Assembly (NCBI GenBank): GCA_965261185.1
Contig: CBDHCN010000002.1
Coordinates: 2,346,506 to 2,410,505, forward strand
From: Candidatus Aldehydirespiratoraceae bacterium
GTDB taxonomy: Bacteria; Actinomycetota; Acidimicrobiia; Acidimicrobiales; Aldehydirespiratoraceae
Length of the DNA: 64,000 nt
Direction: 5' to 3'
The notes under the pieces are model-generated. The model was not told the origin of the DNA. It saw only the letters and a list, made by a program, of their open reading frames with translations, and ran no database searches. Each line of letters opens with the position of its first letter. Positions within the stretch are counted from its first letter, which is position 1. The position numbers and the translations under genes are program-made. Below, one piece after another: positions 54,106-62,492 of this stretch.

Positions 54106-55023
54106 ATGGCACCAATGTGGACGGGGGAGAGCCGAGTTCTCACCGATGCGGTAACGGTATTGGTGGGGGCAGACCAGGGCAAGTACCCGTCGGGCAACTC
54201 GCTGGTTGTCCGCGGCGCAGGGGAGTCGGTCATAATCGACCCGTCGGTCTCAGTGGTTGCACAAGGTGGCTTGTCTGTTCCTGTCGATGCGGTGCTCAAC
54301 AGTCATGGGCACGAGGATCACATCGCCGGGAACAAGATGTTTCCCGACGCTCGGATTCACGTACATCACGAGGACTTGCTGGCCTTGAAGAGTCTTGAGG
54401 GCATGCTCGAAGTACAAGGTCCAATACCACAGGAGCGAGACGAACTGGCACGTCTGTTTGTCGATGAGTTCTTCTATACACCGCGTCCTGATGCCCACGG
54501 TTTCAGCGACGGCGATGTGTTCGACCTTGGCGGTGTGACAGTTGAGGCCGTTCATCTACCGGGCCATACCCGTGGCCACAGCGGCTTTCGGATTTCCGGT
54601 GGCGTGTTTTTTCTGTCCGACATCGATCTCAGTGGGTTCGGTCCCTACTACGGGGACACCTGGAGTGACCTTGACCAATTCGAGGCGAGTATCGGCCAGG
54701 TTCGGGACGAGGAGGCCGATTTCTATGTGACCTTCCACCACAAGGGCGTCATCGAAGGCCGCGAGGAGTTCCTGAAACTGCTTGATGCGTTCGAAGCGGC
54801 GATCCCTCGGCGCCACGCGGCAATGCTTGAGTTCTTGTCTGAGCCCCGCACGATTGCCGACATGGTGCGCCACCGGTTCATATATCGCCCTGGTGCACAG
54901 TCTGTTTTTGCTGACCGTGTCGAGGCGCGTAGCGCGGAGTTGCACCTTGACCGGATGCGCAAGCGCGGCGAGATCGAGGATCTCCCCGCCCGCAGGGTCA
55001 GAGCAACTACAGCCCAACCGTAA
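54106..55023 (+). CDS. MBL-fold metallo-hydrolase
   Basis: 305-aa ORF with the HxHxDH motif (NSHGHEDHIAG) and a downstream HLPGHTRGH. Confidence 0.8.
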   Translation: MAPMWTGESRVLTDAVTVLVGADQGKYPSGNSLVVRGAGESVIIDPSVSVVAQGGLSVPVDAVLNSHGHEDHIAGNKMFPDARIHVHHEDLLALKSLEGMLEVQGPIPQERDELARLFVDEFFYTPRPDAHGFSDGDVFDLGGVTVEAVHLPGHTRGHSGFRISGGVFFLSDIDLSGFGPYYGDTWSDLDQFEASIGQVRDEEADFYVTFHHKGVIEGREEFLKLLDAFEAAIPRRHAAMLEFLSEPRTIADMVRHRFIYRPGAQSVFADRVEARSAELHLDRMRKRGEIEDLPARRVRATTAQP

Positions 55024-55032
55024 AGTTGAACC

Positions 55033-55689
55033 TTAGGGTTGGGATACGTAACGGAGATAAGGAAGGCGGCGCTCAAAACCGTCCGGGTACTTCTCCGCGG
55101 CCGCTTCGTCGGACACGCCGGGCACGATGATCACGTCTTCACCTTGTTGCCAGTTTGCGGGGGTGGCTACCGCCTCGTTGGCGGTGAGCTGACATGAATC
55201 AAGGATGCGCAGGATTTCGTCGAAGTTGCGTCCCGTTGTCATCGGGTAAGTGAGGGTGACCTTGATCTTCTTGTCAGGGCCGATGATGAACACCGACCGG
55301 GCGGTGGCGTTGTCAGCGGCGGTTCGGCCCTCCGACGTGTCGCCTGCATCGCCGGGCAACATGTCATACAGCTTGACGATGTTGAGCTCGGGGTCGCCGA
55401 TCAGCGGATAGTTGACGGCGTTTCCGGTGGCTGATTCGATGTCGCCGCTCCAGGCTCGATGGTCGCTGACCCCGTCAACGCTGATACCGATGATCTTGCA
55501 GTTGCGAGCCGCAAAGTCGTCCTTGAGCCCTGCTACGGCACCGAGTTCGGTGGTACAGACCGGCGTGAAGTCTTTGGGATGTGAGAACAACAGCGCCCAG
55601 CCGTCGCCGATCCAATCATGAAAGGAGATGGTTCCTTCGGTGGTGTCGGCTGAAAAGTCGGGTGCTTCGTCGTTGATTCGAAGTGACAT
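55033..55689 (-). CDS. Peroxiredoxin, 1-Cys (Prx6-type)
   Basis: Part of ORF 55033..55827, from the ATG at 55689 (MSLRINDEAPDF...). It has the peroxidatic Cys motif HPKDFTPVCTTE. I saw no resolving Cys in the usual position. Confidence 0.9.
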   Translation of the reverse strand: MSLRINDEAPDFSADTTEGTISFHDWIGDGWALLFSHPKDFTPVCTTELGAVAGLKDDFAARNCKIIGISVDGVSDHRAWSGDIESATGNAVNYPLIGDPELNIVKLYDMLPGDAGDTSEGRTAADNATARSVFIIGPDKKIKVTLTYPMTTGRNFDEILRILDSCQLTANEAVATPANWQQGEDVIIVPGVSDEAAAEKYPDGFERRLPYLRYVSQP

Positions 55690-55837
55690 GGTTTGACCGC
55701 CTTCGGTCGTTGATACGGGTTGGAAGTCTAATCCTAACCTACTAGGTCGGGAATTAACAGATTTGGGTCCACAAAAGTGGCCGGAGTCTTGGCTAGCGTT
55801 AGCCCGTTCGCAGTTCGTACCTCGCATTGGAGTTGAT

Positions 55838-58237
55838 ATGCGTCTCAGTTACCTGACCGGGGGTGCGCGGCACGGAACCCGAGTCGGGTTTGCTTTGAGT
55901 TTGGTTTTTGCCGTGCTTGCCGGGTCGATTACGCCTTCGGTAGCCCAGGATTCAAAGCCTTCCAATTCCGAGCCGGTGTTCGTCGACGGCAACACGACGA
56001 TGCGCAGAATGCACGACGAGACCGGCGCACGCGCAGGGGTCGGTGACCCGGTTTCGGCGACCGACTCCGACGGCGACACGCTGACGTACTCGCTCATCGG
56101 CCAGGACGCGTCTTCTTTCTCTGTTGATGCTGACGGTCAGATCTCGCTGGGAGTCGCGGTGGCGGGCAGCGGTCGGATCAGCTACCGGTTCTGGGTGACG
56201 GTCTATGACGGGAAAGACTCACAGGGAAACGTGGAGGCCACGCCCGTGATCGACGACATCATTTTCGTGACGATCACTGTCACCACAACACAGGGTGAGC
56301 GCCTCCCGGCCAGAGACATCGGCCTGTCCAGAGAAGTCAACAGCAATCCTTTCGGTGTGTGGTCAGACGGCGAAACCATGTGGGTGGCCGACTGGGTTGA
56401 CGATGCGGTGTACGCCCACGACCTGTCGACTGGATCCCGCAACCCGGACAAGGAATTCGTCCTGGTCTCCGCCAACGACAGCCCGTTCGGGATTTGGTCT
56501 GATGGCACGACCATGTGGGTCGCAGATGACAATGACCTGCAGATCTATGCCTACACGTTGTCCAGTGGCCTCAGGGACTCCAGCAAAGAGTTCATTGTGG
56601 ATGGAGCCAACGACTGGCCGTGGAGTCTCTGGTCCGATGGCGTGACCATGTGGGTCGGCGACAGAGCTGACCTCAAACTGTATGCCTACACACTGTTGAG
56701 CGGAGTCCGCGACTCGAGCCGCGATATAGAGCTTGACCCGGAGAATGCCAGATTTTATGACCTCTGGTCGGATGGAACCACAATATGGGTTCCCGACCGG
56801 GACGAAGACAAGGTGTTCGCCTATTCCCTGTCGACGGGCGACCGGGGTCTCGACAGCGAATTTCCGCTGACCGAGGAGAACTCTGATCCCGCTGGGATCT
56901 GGTCTGATGGCGAGACTGTCTGGGTTGCGGATTCAATCGATGGGCACGCTTACGCTTACGCGCTGACTAGCGGCGCGAGTGGGACATCCGAAGAGTTTGG
57001 ATTGGGATCAGCCAATGAGGGCCATATTGAGTTGTTCGGGTTGGCCGAAGACAACGATTGTCCCGCCGGTATGTGGGCCACGGACCAAACAGCATGGGTA
57101 GTTGACTGGTGTCATGGCCGCCTCTTCGCGTACGACAGTTCCTCGGGATTACGCCAACCCGGAAACGACATTGAACTCGGCCCGGACAGCGGGGACCCGG
57201 CTGGAGTTTGGTCCGATGGCGAGACTGCGTGGATTGCGGATCCAACCGAACACAAGTTGTTCGCCTACACGATGTCGACAGGTGCTCGCGCAACCGACAA
57301 GGACCTGACTCTCGATCCCGAGAATACGGACGCGACTGGTTTGTGGTCTGACGGCGAAACGGTGTGGGTAGCGGACCATTCGGTGGACAAGCTATTTGCA
57401 TACAGCCTGTCGACAGGTGCCCGCGAAACTGATTTCGACATCGTGTTGGATACCGAGAACACCATTCCGGTTGGTTTGTGGTCTGACGGTGAGACGATGT
57501 GGGTGGCCGATATTCCCGAAGGCCACATATATGCATACGGTTTGTCGACCGGTGCCAGAGATGTAGCCAAAGACATCAAGTTGGCTTCGGACAACAGCGG
57601 CGTTTGGGGAATCTGGTCAGATGGCACGAGCATGTGGGCGCTGGACCGCTTCGATGCCAAGCTGTATGCCTACTCGGTATCGGTGCCTGAACCGGGCTTC
57701 GCAGATGTCAACCCCATCAGCTATTCCTTTGACTACATGGAATTGCTGTACAGCAAAGGGATCGCCACCGGCACTTCTGACACCACGTATTCGCCGACCG
57801 ATTTCGCTACTCGTGAGCAGGTGGCTGCGATGCTTGCCCGGACCTATCACGAGCTGACGGGTAGCCCTGCGGATGTGGTGGAGACAGGGTTCGTCGACAT
57901 CTCCTCGTCGTTCGCGGCTGACGACATCGCCCGGCTCTACGGGCTCGGCATCACCACCGGCACCTCCGACACCACATATTCGCCGACCGATTTCGTTACC
58001 CGCGAGCAGGTGGCTGCAATGCTGGCCCGAATGTATGCGGCGGTCTCGGGAAGTGCCGTTGATGCGGTTCTCACGGGGTTCGTCGACGTCTCTTCGTCGT
58101 TCGCGGCTGACGACATCGCTCGTATCTACGGGCTCGGCATCACCACCGGTACCACCGAAACCACATTCTCGCCTGACGAGTTCGCTACGCGCGAGCAGAT
58201 GGCAGCGTTTATAGGGCGCCTCATACGGGTGCTGTAG
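55838..58237 (+). CDS. Secreted SLH-anchored surface protein: cadherin-like domain + 10 tandem ~45-aa WSDG-T-WVAD repeats + 3 SLH domains
   Basis: Part of ORF 55763..58237, from the ATG at 55838. It has a signal peptide (...ITPSVAQD) and a cadherin-like region (ATDSDGDTLTYSLIGQDASSFSVDADG). It has ten repeats of (P)xG(I/L)WSDG(E/T)T(M/V)WVAD...K(L/I)(F/Y)AY.LSTG.R. Three C-terminal SLH-like modules follow (...YSPTDF(A/V)TREQVAAMLAR). Confidence 0.8.
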   Translation: MRLSYLTGGARHGTRVGFALSLVFAVLAGSITPSVAQDSKPSNSEPVFVDGNTTMRRMHDETGARAGVGDPVSATDSDGDTLTYSLIGQDASSFSVDADGQISLGVAVAGSGRISYRFWVTVYDGKDSQGNVEATPVIDDIIFVTITVTTTQGERLPARDIGLSREVNSNPFGVWSDGETMWVADWVDDAVYAHDLSTGSRNPDKEFVLVSANDSPFGIWSDGTTMWVADDNDLQIYAYTLSSGLRDSSKEFIVDGANDWPWSLWSDGVTMWVGDRADLKLYAYTLLSGVRDSSRDIELDPENARFYDLWSDGTTIWVPDRDEDKVFAYSLSTGDRGLDSEFPLTEENSDPAGIWSDGETVWVADSIDGHAYAYALTSGASGTSEEFGLGSANEGHIELFGLAEDNDCPAGMWATDQTAWVVDWCHGRLFAYDSSSGLRQPGNDIELGPDSGDPAGVWSDGETAWIADPTEHKLFAYTMSTGARATDKDLTLDPENTDATGLWSDGETVWVADHSVDKLFAYSLSTGARETDFDIVLDTENTIPVGLWSDGETMWVADIPEGHIYAYGLSTGARDVAKDIKLASDNSGVWGIWSDGTSMWALDRFDAKLYAYSVSVPEPGFADVNPISYSFDYMELLYSKGIATGTSDTTYSPTDFATREQVAAMLARTYHELTGSPADVVETGFVDISSSFAADDIARLYGLGITTGTSDTTYSPTDFVTREQVAAMLARMYAAVSGSAVDAVLTGFVDVSSSFAADDIARIYGLGITTGTTETTFSPDEFATREQMAAFIGRLIRVL

Positions 58238-58250
58238 ACACCCCAGAACC

Positions 58251-59081
58251 CTATTGCTCGAACCTGGCGCGGATCGCGGGGTTGGTGACGGCTCTGGGGA
58301 GATCGTGTTGGTCGATGCCCGCACGACTCGGACCTCCGTCAACGGCAATGGTCTGACCGGTCACATAACCGGCTAGGTCGCTTAGCAGAAAGAGGGCGAC
58401 ATCGGCGATGTCGTCAGGGTGCCCGCGGCGTTGCAGAGTGATGGACGCAGCCATGGGGTCAACCTCATCTGGATCGCGCCCTGACCGCGGCGTGTTGATG
58501 GTGCCGGGTGCCAAACCGTTGACCCGTATGCCATGGCGTCCCCATTCCATCGCCATGGTGCGAGTGAGCGAATCCAAGCCTGCTTTGGCTGCGCCATAGG
58601 CTCCCAGGAGGGGCTGTCCACTGCTGGCGATTGAGGAGATGTTGACGATCGCGCCAGGGCGACCGTCGTTGATCAGCCTTCGGGCCACATGCTGCGCGCT
58701 GACGAAGGCGTAGCGCAGGTTGGTGGTGAGCAGGTGGTCGAATGTTTCGATCGGGTAGTCCGACAGGCGGTGCCAATATTGCGGTGTCACGCCCCCGACG
58801 ACGTTGACCAGAAGGTCCGGCACCCCAACCGCTTGGGCGCCGTCGTCTATAGCGGCTCTGAGAGCATCGAAGTCGCTCACATCGGCCACTTGGGCCGATG
58901 CCTGCACTCCGATGGCGTTTGCACGGTCAACGGTGTCGTCAACGTGTTCTTGCACTGCACTAATGGCGATGATGTTGGCCCCCGCCTCGGCTATCCGTTC
59001 ACACACCGAGGTGCCGATGCCTCCGCCGCCACCTCCCACAACAACTGCGGTACGTCCGACGAAAGAGATCTCAACTGCCAT
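58251..59081 (-). CDS. SDR-family oxidoreductase (FabG-like)
   Basis: Part of ORF 58251..59105, from the ATG at 59081. It contains VVGGGGGGIG, YGAAKAG (YxxxK) and PGTINTP. Confidence 0.85.
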   Translation of the reverse strand: MAVEISFVGRTAVVVGGGGGGIGTSVCERIAEAGANIIAISAVQEHVDDTVDRANAIGVQASAQVADVSDFDALRAAIDDGAQAVGVPDLLVNVVGGVTPQYWHRLSDYPIETFDHLLTTNLRYAFVSAQHVARRLINDGRPGAIVNISSIASSGQPLLGAYGAAKAGLDSLTRTMAMEWGRHGIRVNGLAPGTINTPRSGRDPDEVDPMAASITLQRRGHPDDIADVALFLLSDLAGYVTGQTIAVDGGPSRAGIDQHDLPRAVTNPAIRARFEQ

Positions 59082-59129
59082 CACCCCATAGTCGCACGGC
59101 GACACACCGGCGCTAGCATTTTGGGTCTA

Positions 59130-59204
59130 GCGTCGGTGCCCGAGTGGACCAAGGGAACGGCCTGCAAAGCCGTAAAGCCGCGGGTTCAAATCCCGCCCGA
59201 CGCT
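59130..59204 (+). tRNA. tRNA-Cys (anticodon GCA), CCA not encoded
   Basis: The acceptor stem GCGTCGG/CCGACGC is fully paired. The anticodon arm is ACGGC-CTGCAAA-GCCGT and the T-arm is GCGGG-TTCAAAT-CCCGC. The discriminator is U, the tRNA-Cys identity base. The D-stem has a 13:22 mismatch, as is common in tRNA-Cys. The variable loop is 1 nt longer than standard by my fold. Confidence 0.75.
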
Positions 59205-59428
59205 CCTCAAATTCTCTTATGCCTGCATTTGGTGTTCGGGTCTCCTATTGCCCTTGATCGGCACAACATCAAGAAGTTGAAAAGCGGGCGTCCGCTATGG
59301 ACAGAGATAGCTCGTGACGGTGTAGTTGTCCATGGTGCGCCCCTACCCACGTTCAGCGGTGGGCGCATGCTGGTCGACATTGCCGACAAGGACGCCGTGT
59401 GGGATGCACTTGACGCCGACGGACTCCG

Positions 59429-59485
59429 CTGATCATTCCTGACGTCAACATCCCGGTGCCCACGAGATCGTGCTTGAGTTGTTGA
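59429..59485 (+). pseudogene. Remnant of a PIN/VapC N-terminus (LIIPDVNIPVP...) with no start codon, preceded by an antitoxin-like tail
   Basis: The reading frame gives L-I-I-P-D-V-N-I-P-V-P-T-R-S-C-L-S-C-*; xIIPDVNxL is the typical VapC start. The upstream frame ends ...MLVDIADKDAVWDALDADGLR* with a TGA overlapping it. Confidence 0.3.
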
Positions 59486-59498
59486 CGCGACGGTTTCT

Positions 59499-59879
59499 TC
59501 AGTGCCACCGTTGGACCCGTGGCTTTGCCTCGCCAAGGTGTGCTGCTAGACGTGTGAAATCGTTGAGGTCGGCAGTGATGATGGTGTCGTCGAGGTGGAT
59601 AGCGCATGCGAGCAGATGAGCATCGACGACATCGGAAGCCCCGGAGTGGCGAAGCAGCGTTCCGACCAGCGAGATGTGCTCTGCAGTGAACGGGCGGACG
59701 TCTAGCGCTGGGAGGAACCTAGACAAACGAGCCTGCCGCGAGCCGTCCCGCCATACTTGCGCGACTACTGGTGCGGTTGTGCGGAACGGCTCGCCTGCCA
59801 GCCGAGCGGCCTCGATGAAGTCCTTGGCCCCTGGTTCGTTACGATCCACGGCGATCAGCACAACTGCGTCGAGGATCAC
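59499..59879 (-). CDS. vapC: PIN-domain toxin (VapC)
   Basis: 126-aa ORF starting MILDAVVLIAVDR... with acidic PIN residues. It has a 4-nt ATGA overlap with the upstream RHH gene. Confidence 0.8.
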   Translation of the reverse strand: MILDAVVLIAVDRNEPGAKDFIEAARLAGEPFRTTAPVVAQVWRDGSRQARLSRFLPALDVRPFTAEHISLVGTLLRHSGASDVVDAHLLACAIHLDDTIITADLNDFTRLAAHLGEAKPRVQRWH

Positions 59880-60112
59880 CGCCGTGCGAAGAAGCGCTCG
59901 CGCATTGCAGCCACGCCGTCTGGGTCGGCGGGTCCTGTCTCTGAGACCCAGTCGTCCATGAATCTGTCCAGGGCGCGACGACGGCGATGCTCTTGGGCGA
60001 GCATTTGGATGCCCTGCTTGATCGCGCCTGATCGACCGCCGAACTCAGAGGCGAGTTCGTCGAGCAGCGCTCGTTCCTCGTCGTTGAGGCGCACGGTGGT
60101 GGTCTCAGTCAC
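59876..60112 (-). CDS. vapB: Ribbon-helix-helix antitoxin (VapB)
   Basis: 78-aa ORF with a GTG start. TTVRLNDEERALLDELA is an RHH strand-helix. A CACATGTG palindrome lies in its promoter region (60127-60134). Confidence 0.8.
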   Translation of the reverse strand: MTETTTVRLNDEERALLDELASEFGGRSGAIKQGIQMLAQEHRRRRALDRFMDDWVSETGPADPDGVAAMRERFFARR

Positions 60113-60132
60113 GCCAGCAACATATCACACAT

Positions 60133-60489
60133 GTGCTACAAAACGGTGCGACGGTGCGACAATGGAGCTTCTCGTTGCCGACAACAAGGCCGGTCGATCA
60201 GCGAGGCGGAAGCAGGCGTTCAACGGTCGAGAAGCTGATAGAGACTCGAGGACTGGAGCGAGTCCCCGTCTCATCTGAGATGGCTCATCGCCTAATGACA
60301 GATGCAACGGCCCACCTAAAGAGCGCCGAGTTATGCATCGGACACGACGCTGCCGGTGCCAGGTCCGGTTTGGCGAGAGCTTGCCGCGCGTCAACGAAGC
60401 CGACCTCAGGAGTCTTGAGACTGAAGTCGCACAACTCTTCGCCGAGGTCACTGGTTAGCGGTGTTGTATGCCAGCGCGCTACACTGTAG
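60133..60489 (+). pseudogene. Probable decayed HEPN-like gene
   Basis: The frame-1 segment VEKLIETRGLERVPVSSEMAHRLMTDATAHLKSAELCIGHD resembles actinobacterial HEPN-type proteins. The sequence then degenerates, and a protein-like C-terminus (FGESLPRVNEADLRSLETEVAQLFAEVTG*) continues in another frame. Confidence 0.3.
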
Positions 60490-60513
60490 CGTGAGGCGTT
60501 CAAAGGAGGAGCG

Positions 60514-60936
60514 ATGAGCCGTCCGACATCGTTGCGTTTACCAGATGATGTGCGCGCGCGGCTCGATGATGAGTGCCAGCGGATCTCTGCAGCGCCGTCG
60601 ACGCTTGCCGTCGTGCTGATTGACGAAGGACTCAGGATGCGGCGCTTTCCCGGCATCGTGTTCCGCGACGGCCCGACCGGTCGTCGCGCTGGACTGGCGA
60701 AAGGACCCGATGTGTGGGAGATCGTTCGGGACCTCAAGCGCGCTCAGGGCACCGGTAGGCAGCCCATCGGTTTCGTCGCCGAGGAAACGGGCCTTGCGCC
60801 CCAGATGATCGAACTCGCCGCTGACTATTACGTGGTATACCCCGAAGAGATCGACGATCGCATCGCCACCGATGCCAGAGTCGCGGAGGAACTGCGGGAG
60901 CTCGCCGATCGCCGTAAGCGCATACTCTCGACGTGA
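60514..60936 (+). CDS. Putative antitoxin (RHH-like N-terminus + DUF433-like core)
   Basis: 140-aa ORF with SLRLPDDVRARLDDE and GIVFRDGPTGRRAGLAKGPDVWEIV. It overlaps the downstream PIN-like gene by 4 nt. Confidence 0.55.
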   Translation: MSRPTSLRLPDDVRARLDDECQRISAAPSTLAVVLIDEGLRMRRFPGIVFRDGPTGRRAGLAKGPDVWEIVRDLKRAQGTGRQPIGFVAEETGLAPQMIELAADYYVVYPEEIDDRIATDARVAEELRELADRRKRILST

Positions 60937-61280
60937 AGTGGTTGCTCGACGAGATGTTTCCGCCGGCCGCTGCTGCCGAATTGCGGCGACTGGGCCACGA
61001 CGCCCGTAGCGTCGCGGGTTCAGCGTTGGCGGGCACCGACGACGAGCATCTCTACGAGTTGGCCACGGGCGAGGGCCGCGTCGTGGTGACGGAGAACTTC
61101 GCCGACTACGCATCCCTGGTGGCCCAGGACTTGGAGCGCGGCGCTCCCCATGGACTTGTCGCCTTCGTTCGAAAGAGTGACTTGCCCTCAGGCAGCGCGT
61201 TGGGGCCAGCGCTCGCGCGTCGCCTCGATGCATGGGCCGACACCAATCCGTCTCCCTCGCCCGGGACTTACTGGCCGTAA
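60933..61280 (+). CDS. DUF5615-type PIN-like (Mut7-C-like) putative toxin
   Basis: 115-aa ORF. MKWLLDEMFPPAAAAELRRLGHDARSV...DDEHLYELATGEGRVVVTENFADY matches the family N-terminal pattern. Confidence 0.65.
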   Translation: MKWLLDEMFPPAAAAELRRLGHDARSVAGSALAGTDDEHLYELATGEGRVVVTENFADYASLVAQDLERGAPHGLVAFVRKSDLPSGSALGPALARRLDAWADTNPSPSPGTYWP

Positions 61281-61298
61281 CGACACGATTCAACTCGC

Positions 61299-61409
61299 CT
61301 AGCGCCACCGCTGGACCCGTGGCTTTGCTTTGGCAAGGTGTGCTGCATTCCGCACTCGAAGCAGCGCTCGTTCCGCATCGTTGAGGCGCACGGTGGTGGT
61401 CCCAGGCAC
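61299..61409 (-). pseudogene. Internally deleted vapBC copy: in-frame chimera of the VapB N-terminus and the VapC C-terminus (36 codons)
   Basis: From a GTG it encodes PGTTTVRLNDAERALLRVRNAAHLAKAKPRVQRWR*. 61301-61346 aligns with the vapC 3' end (59501-59546). 61358-61485 aligns with the vapB 5' end plus promoter (60061-60188). Confidence 0.65.
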
Positions 61410-61498
61410 GGCAGCAGCATTACACATATGTGCTACAACGGCATGAAGAAAGCGCCAATGGCGCTTCTCGTTGCCGACGACAACTCCAGAGTCCGGAT

Positions 61499-62398
61499 CT
61501 AGCTTCCGGGCAGGAACGTCTCGGTCGCAGCCCAAAGCGCTTCGAGGCGGTCGACGCGCTTCTTGGCCTCTGCCTGGACGAGTACCGCGACATCGGCGAC
61601 GACCAATTCGGCGACAACCACCGCGGGGACAGAACTGTCGAACGGGCCGACAGCCGGAACCGACACTTGGCAAAGCACCTCCGCTGAAGCTGCCAGCGGA
61701 GAGAGCGGGCTGTCAGTCACAGCCGCAAGGGGAACTCCCTGGTCTAACAAGGCGCCAGCCGCAGCCAGAGAGGAGTTGCGATAACGGTAGAAGGCGATGA
61801 CGATTGCCAAATCTCCCGGTCCGGCGTCGACCAGATCCCGGCCGGCGGAGTGCTCCTCGATCAGGTAAACTCGGGGTCGGATCATGGAAAGGCCACTGCG
61901 AAGCGCATGAGCGCCGGCCAAAGAGGTCTCCCCCGAAACGATCCAAACCGACTCGGCGGCCGCAGCCCTCTCGGCAATGGCCCGAACCTCACCCCGCGCC
62001 ACCGTAGCTGCAGCCGACTCGAACCCGCCAACGAGCTCGTCCAGCGCCGTGGGCCGCTCGGACGGGTCCCGCCTGATGCGATCACGGGGGCGGGAGAGAT
62101 CGTCCTCGACCCTCCGCCGGGCCACGGTCTGCAGCGATGCGTAGCCGTCGAACCCCAGTTTGTTGGCGAACCGGACGATGGACGGTCGGCTCGTGCCGAT
62201 CCGGTTGGCAAGATCGGACACAGTCCCGAACGCGAGCAGAGTCGGCTCGGAGACCACAACCTCAGCAATGCGACGCTCCGTGGGGGTCAACTCCCCGCCC
62301 GCCCTGGCGATCAGTTCCGTGACCGTCATCACCGCAGGCGAACCGAGCAGCGCTTCAGCTGCCGTAGCTGAGGGGATCTGATGTTCATGCTTGTGCAT
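61499..62398 (-). CDS. MurR/RpiR-family transcriptional regulator (HTH_6 + SIS)
   Basis: 299-aa ORF with VSDLANRIGTSRPSIVRFANKLGFDGYASLQ and a SIS domain (VWIVSGETSLAGAHAL). Confidence 0.85.
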   Translation of the reverse strand: MHKHEHQIPSATAAEALLGSPAVMTVTELIARAGGELTPTERRIAEVVVSEPTLLAFGTVSDLANRIGTSRPSIVRFANKLGFDGYASLQTVARRRVEDDLSRPRDRIRRDPSERPTALDELVGGFESAAATVARGEVRAIAERAAAAESVWIVSGETSLAGAHALRSGLSMIRPRVYLIEEHSAGRDLVDAGPGDLAIVIAFYRYRNSSLAAAGALLDQGVPLAAVTDSPLSPLAASAEVLCQVSVPAVGPFDSSVPAVVVAELVVADVAVLVQAEAKKRVDRLEALWAATETFLPGS

Positions 62399-62437
62399 TA
62401 TAGTACAATCACTATAGTATGCTGTTCATTGTTGAAC
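62399..62437. promoter_or_regulatory. Two palindromes in the rpiR/kamA-like divergent region: TATAGT-N6-ACTATA (62399-62416) and GTTCA-N4-TGAAC (62424-62437)
   Basis: Read directly. They form an AT-rich block in a GC-rich context immediately upstream of the RpiR start. Confidence 0.45.
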
Positions 62438-62492
62438 ATCGTGGGTGGATGGTGCTTGAACAAAGCGGAGCGAGCGGAGGCAAGAACCAACC

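Noticed and set aside
58689-59432. 247-aa plus-strand ORF.
   Set aside because: It is antisense to the SDR gene over its first half and reads straight through the tRNA-Cys gene. Only its last about 60 codons look like a decayed antitoxin tail.
60538-61308. 256-aa minus-strand ORF.
   Set aside because: It is antisense to the DUF433-like/DUF5615 pair, extremely Arg/Pro-rich, and has no motif.
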